Shown here: positions 38,888 through 51,500 of the stretch, one piece after another
How the letters are laid out: every line of letters begins with the position of its first letter
Numbering within the stretch: position 1 is the first letter of the stretch
NCBI GenBank assembly: GCA_964247055.1
Contig: OZ176054.1
Coordinates: 2,480,001-2,544,000 of the forward strand
Direction: 5' to 3'
Length of the DNA: 64,000 nt
Source: Paragordius varius
Lineage: Eukaryota > Animalia > Nematomorpha
The notes under the pieces: model-generated
Database searches by the model: none
What the model was told of the DNA's origin: nothing
Seen by the model: the letters and a program-made list of their open reading frames with translations, nothing else
Translations under genes and position numbers: made by a program

Positions 38888-41800
38888 CATAAGATATATT
38901 CGACGTGATTGTATATGACCTAAATAAGAAATGAAGTTGTTTGATGCAATGAATATTTTACTTTTTAATTATTACATATATATTATAAAAACGGGTGTTT
39001 TATACCAATGAATAAATTATGTAATAAACATATTTTTACATTTGAAAAAAAAAATAAAATAAGGAAATATATTTTTTGTGGAAAAATTATGAGAATATAC
39101 GGAAGAATATTCTATATCTTTTTTACAAAAAAATAAAAAATGTTAAAACCACACGTGGGTTTCAGAATGTACTTCCTAACTTATATAGGCATATTTTTAA
39201 AAGTATATAAATATATATATTTTTTTTAATTAATAATATTAAAAGCTATGTAAAATCATTTTTTTGATTTAGTTGTTCATCATTAGCCGGGGTATGTCTA
39301 AAAATATAAAATATTTACACTAGATTTAATTTAATATTTTTTTCTTTTTTTGCATAATTTGGAATATGTATTATAAAATTTTGAGAGTAATTGATTAAAA
39401 ATTTACATTTTTTTTAAAATTTAATATTTTTTTAAAAAAAATTTAATATAAAGACTTTTCTAAAAAAATTTTTAAAGGTTCATCAAACAGAATGAAGAAA
39501 AGTATGGGGAAGAGGATGCCGAATATTACATAAGTAATCCCATCAATGCATATTTGCTCATAAAAAGTCTCACTAAGGATTGGAAAACGTTAGAATCTTT
39601 TATGCGAAACAATGTTTCAGAAAGTATACTATTTATATTTTAATTTTAAAAAATTCAGTTTTATTAAATAGATACCTTATGTTTTAAATGTTTGAATTTT
39701 TTTATGTAGTGTGGTGCTAAGTTAAATAACCTACATTGTAAATTATATACACATATAATACATTTTGTAATGAACGATGAGTTGAGTTTACTTTTGCCTG
39801 GCAGCCTTATTTTCGCCTTATGAACATTGAGATAACACATTTCTTTGAATAATAAATAAATGCTGCTTTTTAACTTTTTGCAGTTATAATTTAGTGCAAT
39901 TCAATATTTAAATTACGGCAATTTTGATGATTTTAATAATAACACTAACAATATTTCACGTTAATAAAGGTTTTTTTAGCTCTTCTATAAATTATTCCGA
40001 AAATTTTTTGGTTCCGGCTCCAATCTTTTTTTGGTAAAACGGTTTTTTGATTTTATTTTTTGATTATACAAATGGGTTAAATAGTTGAACAAACATCTAT
40101 GTATGCCACTTTTTTAAAAACAACAACAAAATACTCTCAATTTAAAATTAATTATTTTATGTTTTTCAACACTTGATGGTTTAATTTTTAAATAATATTT
40201 GCATACCTTATCATAGATTGAAAGGGTTTTTTCTAAGCAATACTTTTAGATATGATGAAGTTTTAATGACCTTTATACACTCTTTTCTCCTTCCTTCCAA
40301 AGGAGGTAAGCGTGTTAAAGTATTCCATTTATTTTTGTATGGAGGAATTATAAATTTTCTTGAATAGTGAGTGGATTGCCAGGTTTTACGAGGTCTACCT
40401 TTTTTAATTAGTTGAATATGATTGTATAAACTTTATTCAGTTTGTGTCTTGGGGACTCTGTGGATGTGACTCTAGCCTAATGTAAACGATATTCACGGAT
40501 AGCTGCATTAATTGGTTTAATTTTTAGGGTTTGATAGGGACAGAATTTGGATAAGAAATTATAGATGTTAGGATTATGTGCGAAAAGGATGGTGTTTAGT
40601 ATTTTCGGCTGACCCTTTTGCCTTGATTGGATGGACATTTTATTTAGTCATAGGCCACGTTAAAGTATGTCAAGCGGCCATAAAAGTTTTAGCCTTTGGA
40701 TATGTATTTGAACGGTTAAAATATAACGGTTTATGAATGCAGTCGTTTACGATCGTTCGCAGTCACGTAAGAACATTTGTAGATCCGTATGCTGATGCTA
40801 AACAAATATTTTGTTCCAATGGGCTATTATTGTCAATGTTATAAATGTCTTCTCATAAACATATATCATATCATATCATATCATCAAAAGACAAAATTAC
40901 AATTTTTCCTTTCAGTAAAAACCAATGAATGTAGTAGTTTTATTTCAAATTATACATATTATAATCATTATAATATAGCCTACATCAATAAAATTTCAAG
41001 CAATGTTTTTATGCCCGGAGAACAGGACTTAAATGGGGCTGCAGTTGCACTCTTTCGATTGCAAGATATGTACAAAGTTGACACAAACAAAATGGCTCAA
41101 GGCGATATTTCGGGCGTCAAAACTTCCCCTAGTCTAAATGGTAATTTTTTTATAATTTGATGAAATTTGGAAATAATTTGTATCATATATTGATAAATTT
41201 ATTTATAATTTTAATCTTTTTATTTAAATTTTATTGACAAGATTTTATTTATAGATAAATTGATAGTCAATAACTTGTAACAAGTATTGATGAATTTATT
41301 ATGATTAAATGATTTTTTTGCGATTTTAAAGACGAATTTTTAGTTTATAGAATTATTTGATAGTTGCGAATTTGTAAAAAATATATTAATTATGAGTTAT
41401 TTGTTTTAAGTGCCCTACTTTACAAGTATAGTAGTTTTTTAAAGAAAACTAAAATTTTATTTAAAAACTTAATTTCGGTTTTTAGCAATAAAATTATACC
41501 TTTAATTATTGGCCCAATAAACCTTTTTGATATAAAATAATTAAATAAATATTTACAATAGTCTATTAGTACGATCAGTTAATTTTCATTCTGATATTTT
41601 TTCATTAAATAAACAATATTTGTTAACTCTAATTTTTATATATAACTTGTCGTTTGGGAAAATAAGAAATAGATATATAAAATGGGTAAAACACCTAATT
41701 TTAGAATTTACAGACTAAATCAAATAGGTTATATAGAAACTATCATGGCTTAAAAATATGATTTTCTTAGTAAAAGAAATTTTGTCAAAAATTATATGGG

Positions 41801-44223
41801 TTATAAAGAATATAGGTTATAAAGAAAAAATTATATATTAAATTTTATGGTTTTTTATCAATTTTTTTTATTATTGTAAATTCAAAATTTTAATTTAGTG
41901 AGTAACGATTATAGTTTCGTAGGGTGAACGATGTGAACATCGCCGTAAGATAAGCTTAAAATAAAATATGAGCTAATTTATTGATACTCAAATTTTCGTC
42001 AAAGGCATCGTTAGGAGATTGATTCAATTATAAAATGGAGAAATAGATGCTTAAATATTTATTTATTGTATTGTTTTATATATAGCTATAAAAATGTTTT
42101 AAATCGCGTCATAAATCATATCTTTTTCAAAACAACGGTGTAATCATCAAATAACAAGGATATATCGAAAAAATAAAAAAAATTTTATGGTTATATTTTA
42201 TTTTCAAAAATTTTGACTAAAATGTGTCTTTAATGGTATATCTTATATAAAACACAATAATGTAATCATTAATGATACCTAAATAAACTAAAGCTTTAAC
42301 TTGGTTATTTTATTATCAAAAATTTTGTCTATAAAATAATTTTTTTTTATAATATTTCAATTTCTTTATGTATAGCTGAACAATGTTTTGAATTGGGTCG
42401 ACAATCCTATCTCAATGATGATTTTTATCATACGCGGATTTGGATGGAGGAAGCATTACGTAAATACGAATCTGAGGAGGAAAAAAGTGTTAAGCTCGAA
42501 GATATTTTGGAATATTTAGCTTTTGCGCTTTATAAGGTGACCGTATTTTTTTTTTCAAATTAAATTATTAAAAGTTAGAATTATCAAATGTTTAATATAT
42601 TATTACTTGTTTACTTTATCATTTTGTTACTTATTTATACAATGATTAAAATAATGGAAATCCCTCCAAATTAGGTAAATTCCGCAGTAATCAAACTTAT
42701 ATAAAACGTGATTTTTCGATTACTACTTTTAGTCTTTGTCAAACGTAAGTTAAATATATATCAAAATTAATACTCGATATGCGGGAAACTATATAATTGA
42801 CATAAAAAATTAAGATTGATATAGCATTTATAGATTAAGCCTGTTGATAAGTATAAATTTTTTATAGACTAAATTTTTAATTTTTTCAAATTTTTGTTTA
42901 TATGTTATATATTAGCAAGGGAATGTGTATGGTGCATTGAAGAAAACGGAAGAATTACTGGCTTTAAGTATGCTTTTTCGATTTTAATTTGCTTCTTAAA
43001 GAGAGAGATTAAAATACCCTAGTTTATTGATTAAAATTATAGTTTTTTATTATTTAAGTATAAACTAATTTTAATGATGATATAATTTTCGATATTTTAT
43101 TATATAAAAGATTAGAACATCAATCATAAAACTACGCAAAGTTATTTAAAAATTTTTTATAATTATTAGATCCTTTCCATAACCGAGCCCAAGGGAATAA
43201 AGAATGGTATCAAAAAGATTTGGATGAACTTGAAAAAGCCGGTAAAAAGGGCGATGAATGGGAACCGACTAATGCTAAATTAGAGGATGAATATGCCAAC
43301 CCTGAAATCATGAATTATCACAGTTTGTGTCGAGGTGATTTTCCAATAGTAAGTGTTGTTTGTCAAAAATATTTTATTTGAAGAAGAGTTTTTTTTTAAA
43401 TGATTTTTTGTGATTGTTTTATTTTTGGGATCATAATTATTAGGGTATAGGTTATCAAAGTTAAATTTATAATTTGCCAATCCACAAATTATATTGTGTC
43501 TACGTCATTTCCTAATGGCATGTTGTGTTTAATAATATTTTTATTTATTTTCATTTTTTTGGATTGTTAACCTTTTGTATTTTTTTATATTTTATTCAAC
43601 CTTTTAAGCATTTTTTGAAGTGTATTTTAATGTATCTATCTTAAATATTTTAATCAATATTTAAAAAGTTAGTTTAAGTATATTAGGATAACAATTTGTC
43701 TTAATTTTGAGGCAAGGTCCAAACTTTCAAATAGCCTTATTTTTTTACAATTGACTGTAAATAAAATTATCATCAATATTTAATCTTTTTATACCTTAAA
43801 TTTGGTTGAGCAAAAATAAAACTCTAGGAACTAGAGTTTTATAAAATATTACTTCATTGTAACAATAGTCAATGCTGAATCAGTCAATTTTGTTTCGAAT
43901 AAAACCCTTTTTTAAAACCAAATATAACATATTTTCTACGTTTTTATTTGTCAACCGTCATAACTTGTAGATTGAAATTTTATATATGTGAAAAAATTCA
44001 AATCATTACTTTCAATGGTTTTTTTTATTATGTGCATAGGATCCCCTTATAGCCCGTAGACTAAAATGCAAATACGTTAATAAACACAAATCACCCCTGT
44101 TAATTTTGGCCCCAGCAATGGAGGAACAGGTCGGAATGGATCCTAACGTCTATCTTTATCACCATGTCATTAATGATCGTGAAATGAGTGTTGTTAAACA
44201 ACTTGCTTCACCAAAGGTTTTTT

Positions 44224-44265
<42 letters not shown>

Positions 44266-47200
44266 AAGTAGAATAAAAGTTTGAAATTATTATTTAGTAG
44301 TAGTAGGCATTTTTAGTTTTGAATAACTGCTTTTAAGAATAATTTTTAAAATTTTCATTAAGCTCAACAAACTCAAACGTTGTATATGTAGCAAAGGACT
44401 AAATTTTTTGCCGATATTTTTAGGTATTTTATATAAAAATAAATTATTTAGCTTAAACGAGCCACGGCTTTCAATGCAAAAACGCAAAGGTATGAACCCG
44501 CCGATTACCGAATTAGTAAAAGGTAATTAATTATTTGTTTTTTCTTATTTTGTGAATCATTTTACATTTAATTTTTAATTTCATATATGTTTTTTTAGCG
44601 CTTGGCTCAAAGAGGAAGATCACACAGTCATAAAAGATATTAATAAACGCATATCAGCTATAACGGGACTTTCTATGGAAACAGCCGAAGATTTACAGGT
44701 ATTAAAGGATTTTGTAAATAATTTACCAAAATTTATTTAATTTTTGCGCATATTTAGGTTTTATAATCCTATTTTTTGAAAATATATATTTATTAATTTT
44801 AAGAAAAGTTAGATATATTTTATAAGAAAATATTATTTAATTTGAAATAATTTTAAATGAAAAAATTATATTATTTAGGTGGCAAATTATGGCATTGGTG
44901 GTCATTATGATCCGCACTATGATTTTTCACGGGTAAGTGTGTGTGTTTTATTAAAAGTTTAATGTTTATATTTTAACGATATAATTAATATTTTTGGACA
45001 AGTGATTGCATGCGTAAAGATAGTTAGTTTTGAATTTTTTATTAATCATATTTTATACATATATATATAATTAAATATAAAAATCTAAAATTAAAGTGTT
45101 GGAATTTTCTAAATCAAGGGTGTTTAACACAAATAAATGGCTTCACTAGTTGCATTTCAAACTCAAGAAATCTGGCGGGCCGCAACCAGAAAAATATAAA
45201 TATTTTAGATAGATTTCAAACAGACTGTAAAAAAATGTATACAGTTAGTTACCAATAGAAAAGATTTATATTCATGAAAATTTGCCAATTTTATTGCGAT
45301 TTTGTCATTCACCATTTTATCCCCAAATTTGATTATTCATATATGGTAATTTTTTTTGATGTCTCAGAGGGCCAAATGTTGGACACCCTTGTTTTAAATT
45401 GAAAACATAAATATCATATATCTTAAAAAGTTTTTTGCATGACAATAATATTTATGTAGAATTTGTCTTAATATCCCAAGTTCGTAAATAAAAATTTTTT
45501 TACTCTTTAATCTTTAAGGTAAAACACCGTTTTTGCCTGACTTTGCTTATATTTTGCATACAACCTTATTTCTCTGCATGCTTTATATAATTTATTATAT
45601 GTCTATCTTAAAATTTTCTGTATTTTTTATATAAAATAATAAAATATTTGGACAAATTTTATCTTTATATAATTTTATGATTAAATATTTTATATTCTAC
45701 ACATTAATGTTTTTTGGTTTTCATTCCTCTCACTAACAATTTCTATTACTTTAAAAAGACAAAAAATAATTGTAACGTTTATATTCCACCTTTTTTCGCA
45801 ATAATTTCTATATCAAAGAAAATGAAATTTAACATAAAACTAGCACGCATATGCATGTACAATTTTTTTAACAAATTATAATTTTAAAATTCATATAAAT
45901 CTGGAAATTCCCAATTACATGTCATGCAGAGCATAGAAAAGGATGCTTTCAACGAACGCCAAGGAAACCGTATAGCTACTTTTATGTTTTACGTAAGTTT
46001 ATTTCAGCTTATTATACCCTTTTTTATTGTGGGAACAGTAAAATTACATAATTTAGGGTGGTGCTTTTTGTGGGCTAGCTTACGCTTTAATAAAATTGTC
46101 AAATTATCAGTGACTTTATTGCGAAAACGGTGTTTTATCTTTTTTTATCGCTCTAGTGATTTTTAATTATACGAACGAAGGGGTGTTAAGTATTACTCAA
46201 AAAATATAAAATTAATTTTCGCTTTTTTCTGCTTTTTTTGGGCGGATGAATGTTTAGGAACCCGAATATGATAATGATGGAAAATTACTTGATCAACGTA
46301 TCGCTACATGGATGTTTTATGTATGTTTTGTTTTTGTATAGCTGTGGTATTTTAAAATTTTAAGGGGGTGGTGAAGTTTTATAAAACGAAAATTGAATTT
46401 GACCGTAGGGCAAAATAATTGGTGAAAACAATAATGATTTTTTATTCACACAATGAATACCATTTTGTATCTACTAGTTTTTTTTCCCTCGTATTGAAGT
46501 ACAAGGTGATTGGTTTTTATTCTAAAACCACGATTGCTGTTAAACTAATAAAATCAATATTTGCATAAAAATTCCAAAATTAAGAAGCTTTTGTTTATAT
46601 TTTATAATTCGCCCATGTTTAATGGGGCTATATATTAAGTTTTACGATTTAAAAGGTTTGTTAGATTATCCATAAATTTAATTATACAAACAAAATTTCA
46701 AAAGATTATCAGTTACTGGTTTTTGAAATTTTAAATGTTAATAAACCATTTACTTGAGTAATTTCTTTTTAACCCAACCCATATCTTACATCAAAATTAT
46801 ACCATAATATCTATTTATAATTAAATTTTAAATCATTTTAACTCTTTTATTTATTAGATGAGTGATGTTTTGGCCGGTGGTGCGACAGTTTTTCCTTTGG
46901 CTGGTATTCGTTCAACTCCTAGAAGAGTATTTATATCAATTTTTACTTTCGAAAATTTTAAACTATTAAAAAAATACAAAAATATACGGAAAAGTAAAAA
47001 AATGTCATTTAAGTATGCAGACAATAATTTAAACCCAAATGTTTCATAAAATCTTTATGACTATTACTATTATGTGATAACTAATTGAAAAATAACATTA
47101 CATCCCTCTTTTTTATTTCCATAATATAGGAGGTGGGTGCATTAATGATCAAAAATATTATATGGTTTTTACAAAATGATAATCTTTTACTTTTTGGTTT

Positions 47201-47871
47201 ATTTTTTATATAAAATAATTTTATGTTCACTACATATATTTTACAATTTTTTAGAATGTATGTAGCATTTTTTAAACCTTTGATTTACCTTTCTAGGGTT
47301 CTGCCGTATTTTGGTACAATTTAAAGGCTTCTGGTGCTGGTGATTTTAACACAAGACATGCGGCATGTCCCGTCCTTGCTGGTAGCAAATGGGGTAAATT
47401 CATAAAATTTTATCATTTTTTTTGAGTTATTTAGTATAAGTATACACTAAAAAATATAATCAAAGAACTATACAAGAAACTTTTTAATATACTAATTTTT
47501 ACATTGCAGTACGTGGAAAAGGCGCCATATTTTAATAAAAAGCCACACCACTTTAACTAATTCTTCCAACCATATTTTTAGATTATTAGACTATAAGAGT
47601 AAAAATATTATATACGAGAGTTGTAAAATATGAATTCGAAATTTGTATGATAAGCGTTTCGGCTATATAAAATAATTTAAAAATATAGTTAATTTATTAA
47701 ATCTGCGGTTTTAAATAAAAAAAAACCGTGACTTTTATCTTACATTTTTACGCCTTATATTTTCAAATTTTACATTAAAAAATATAAAAACACCCAATAG
47801 TTGCCAACAAATGGATCCATGAAAGGGGTCAAGAATTTTTGAGACCTTGTCGCAGAAATCCTGATTTGTAA
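38438..47871 (+). CDS. P4HA: Prolyl 4-hydroxylase alpha subunit, paralog A (530 aa, canonical collagen-P4H-type motifs)
   Basis: Exons 38438-38628, 39478-39623, 40979-41140, 42376-42536, 42916-42967, 43170-43348, 44040-44216, 44452-44522, 44599-44698, 44879-44932, [45930-45992 or 46258-46320], 46858-46926, 47297-47393, 47801-47871. Total 1593 nt, all GT-AG and in phase. Motifs YRISKSAWL, AEDLQVANYGIGGHYDPHYD, GNRIAT, GGATVF, RHAACPVLAGSKWVANKWIHE. Confidence 0.96.
40250..40640 (-). mobile_element. Degenerate non-LTR retrotransposon (LINE) 3' fragment in P4HA-A intron 2 (boundaries approximate)
   Basis: Minus-strand reading IREYRLH*ARV...KKGRPRKTWQST resembles the RLRWxGH...GRPRKxW C-terminal motif of LINE ORF2; contains stops. 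Confidence 0.5.
44227..44262. repeat. (TA)18 microsatellite 10 nt from the exon 7 donor
   Basis: Direct reading. Confidence 0.95.
45115..45391. mobile_element. hAT (Buster-type) MITE
   Basis: TIRs CAAGGGTGTTTAAC / GTTGGACACCCTTG; 8-bp TSD TTCTAAAT / TTTTAAAT (7 of 8, central TA). Confidence 0.75.
45520..45536 (+). promoter_or_regulatory. Intronic element I of predicted RNA duplex around exon 11a, P4HA-A
   Basis: UAAAACACCGUUUUUGC pairs over 17 nt (one U-G) with 46121-46137; conserved in paralog B. Confidence 0.7.
45930..45992 (+). CDS. P4HA: P4HA-A alternative exon 11a (SIEKDAFNERQGNRIATFMFY)
   Basis: CAG acceptor, GTAAGT donor, 63 nt, phase 0-0, homologous to exon 11b. Confidence 0.9.
46121..46137 (+). 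promoter_or_regulatory. Intronic element II of predicted RNA duplex, P4HA-A
   Basis: GCGAAAACGGUGUUUUA, complementary to 45520-45536. Confidence 0.7.
46258..46320 (+). CDS. P4HA: P4HA-A alternative exon 11b (EPEYDNDGKLLDQRIATWMFY)
   Basis: TAG acceptor, GTATGT donor, 63 nt, phase 0-0; its orthologous exon is intact in paralog B (24549-24487). Confidence 0.9.
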
Positions 47872-48403
47872 TGAAAAAGAATCAAAAATCCATCCAATTT
47901 GTGGTTCAATATTATAGGAAAGATTTGATCTAAAATTGGAAAATAACCCGAAAATCAAAAATTAATAACTCATACATTAAATGACACAATAACTAAATCA
48001 ATAGCAATAATATTATTTTTGACTATGTATTTTACTATATTATTTTTATATTCATAATCAAAAAATATGCACCCAACTTGTCAAATAACCCATATTTTTA
48101 AAAATCATACAAATTATTATCTTATTCTTATAATATATTTTTAACGCATAAAGGTATTTTAATTAGCTTAAATTTTTAATTTTATTGGGCATTTCATCCA
48201 AGTTATACGTATATTTTTAGATTTTTATTTAGAAATTATATTATTTTATTTATTATGTATTAATTTCAACAAGGCATTACAAAGATTATTATTAGTCCCC
48301 AGACTACGTTTTCCATTTAAGACCTTATCAATTTATAAATTATGCATTTCATTCATAAAAAATGTCAATAAATTTATTTTATTAGCTATAAAGAATATTT
48401 ATA

Positions 48404-48541
48404 TTACATTATAATAGATTTGAGTTTTCCAATCAATTTTTGAAGTTTGTTGTTCGGCTCAGATGTATTTTTATCCATTTGAATCACAAAACTAAATATA
48501 AAATAAGATACATATATTAAATAGAAAACTTTAATTATTTT

Positions 48542-48577
<36 letters not shown>

Positions 48578-51500
48578 CTACCTTTTGGTACAATAATTAA
48601 AGATTGATCCGAAAGCTAAAGCCAGCAAGGTGCAAGAAAAGCATAGCACATTGTATGGCATACTAAAATCAGGGACTGGAAGCATAACTAAAAGCGGGAA
48701 ATCAAAATTTTCTTTTGTTATGTTGTGCTCGTTGTCAATACTATGTGTAAAATAGATTATATATATATACAGTAAAAATTGGAATTATACGGACAAAACG
48801 TAAAAATATAAAGACAAAATGGTTTTTTTTTTCAAAAGACAGTCATACTTTTTCAAACTTGATTTTTTTGAATATAAACTCATTGTTTTTAATTCATTGG
48901 TAATTAGAGATGTAAATTAATAACACAATCAAATGTAATTTGCGATTGTAAATAAATAATTAAAATAGGGAAAAAATAAGGATTAAAAAAGTATAATTTG
49001 TCTTTTAGAGAACAATATTTGTCTTTATATTTTTACGTTTTGTCCGTACAATTTGAATTTTTACTGTAATTTTGAAAATTTATTAATGATTAATACATAT
49101 TTTGGATTGGAATAAAAATTATGGATAGTAGGACATAGGTAATCAAAATTATAGATTTGTTTATATTGATATCATAACATTGAAAATACATGGCATTATT
49201 GGATTTAAATTGTATTTTTGTGTTTGGGAAGATTAATATTTCATATTTAATCAATCATAGCAATGATTACAATTATCTGTGTCAAGCCCCCAAAATCAAT
49301 GATATCCAATTTTTACTTCATAGTATTTTGAAGCATGGTAAAAACGGTATGAAAAAGTTTAGGTTTTCTTAACGTATAAAAAAGACACTAAAATTTAATT
49401 GAACTAAGCAGCTAATTTTGTTTTAGATTTAAAACATTACCGTGTATTTTATTGACCATATTTTTCTTTTATTTGGAACCTTTTTTTCGATTTAAACAAA
49501 ACATTTAAAAATATTTGATGGCTAATTTGTGTTGAAGATTTTAACAAATTTACATCTTTTGTATGATGTGCCAAAAACGCCATAGAATGTAAAATATTAT
49601 CCGTGCTTTAATATCTCGAATAGTTATATAATTATCAGTATTATTACATTTTGAAAATTCAAAAGGAAATGGCAATTTTAACATCTATTGAATCTTTAAT
49701 GGAACAAATATGGAATATCTCCGAAAAATGATTTACATGAAACTCAACAATGGCAATCCCGTGTTGTTATCTTTATAATTATTAAAAATACATGGAAAAT
49801 ATTATCCTTGAAAACGGCACCAAACATAATTGTTCATTACCCTGCTTATGAAAAATTTTGTCTTATGATCTAAAATTTGCAATTTCTTAAAAATGAAACA
49901 TTACTTCCTCTGTTGGATATATGACAGTTCAGAATAAGACTAACTAAATATATACATCTCGATTCCTCTCGGTTTCAATAAAGCAACTATTATTAAAACA
50001 TTATTTCGGTTTAAATGATAATAAATTATCATCTATGTATGCGGTCAAATTAAAAAATTTATAAAATATTGAAGCATTACCGCCCTGTTTGAAATATGAT
50101 TATACAGTTTAACACATCCATTTCCTAACGGTTTAGGATGAAAAAAACAAGGTTACACATTTTTCGGTTTAAAATGATCCTCTTAATGTTTGTTTAAATT
50201 AGGGGTGTTTTTTGAATGCCCAATATAAGTAAAATTATTAAATAATCCATAAATAATTAATTGGAATGGCGATATATGGATATTAGTAGTGTAAATATAC
50301 TGTTAGTTTTTTTAGTTTTCTAAAATATTTGTATTATCTACAAGAGTCTCTAATTTAATCAAAAAATGCTGCTTTCATTTTGGTTTACATTGAGTTTCTA
50401 TGCGTTTACATGTGGTTAAATATCATTATTTTTTTAAATAAATCTCCAAAAGAATGTTATGGTCTCTTAGTTAAATTGTGATTTTTTCGTTACAGCATAA
50501 ATTTATTATCAACATCTTATATTTTAATGTCTTAATGTGCTAAAAACAACATTCTAGCATAAACAATAAGTCTAAATATATTAGATCAAATTATACGGTA
50601 AAAATTGAAATTATACAGACAAAACGTAAAAATATAGGCAAATTAAGGCAACCGTACTTTTTTAAACCTTATTTTTTTCTATATACATTATTCAATAACA
50701 ATTGCAAAATAAATGATTAATTGAGCTACCAATATACATCTTTATTTCATATTTTACAATTTTAGAGTTATATTTTAAAAAAATTAATTAAAGCACGTCA
50801 GTTTTTTGAATAAAAATAATGTGTGTATATTTTTTGTCCGTATATATACCATTAGTTCAAGCTCACCCTTGAACAATTCAAATTCACCCTCGAACAATTC
50901 AAATTCACCCTTGAACAATTCAAATTCACCTTCGAACAATTCAAACTCACCCTAAAAAATAAATTAGGTGTTTTCGAACTAGTCATTATTAATATGAAAT
51001 ATATGTTTATGGTATAGTATATTATTTTTTCAGTATTATTTTAATTTAAAACAAAACTTTCATTTTTAAAAAATATATAAAATATTTTATTATTATTATT
51101 ACATTACATGTTTTCACTCGTGAGAGCGGTCATGTTATACAACCTGTCTCGCCATAAAACTCTATCTATGGCGTCCTCTGCATTAAGCTCGTATTCTGCT
51201 AGCTCTCTTTTTACTGTATCTATCCATTTTGTTTTAGGTCGCCCACGTCCTCGTTTTCCCTCAATTATATAACCATCTATTATTTTTGCAATATAATTAG
51301 AATCTCTCCTTTCAATGTGCCCGAACCAACGTAGCCTATTTTTTGACATTCTTTCCACTATTGGTTTAATATCTGTGCTCCCACGAATAAATCTATTCTC
51401 GATTCTGTCCTTTCTAGTTACCCCACACATCATTCTGAGCATTTTCATTTCAGTCACGTTAAATTGTATTTCTTCGGATTTTTTGACACCCCATGTCTGT

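Noticed and set aside
44227-44262. (TA)n near the exon 7 donor in both P4HA paralogs as a conserved splicing element
   Set aside because: (TA)n runs are common in this window, and the copy-B run abuts a TA-targeting foldback element, which explains it.
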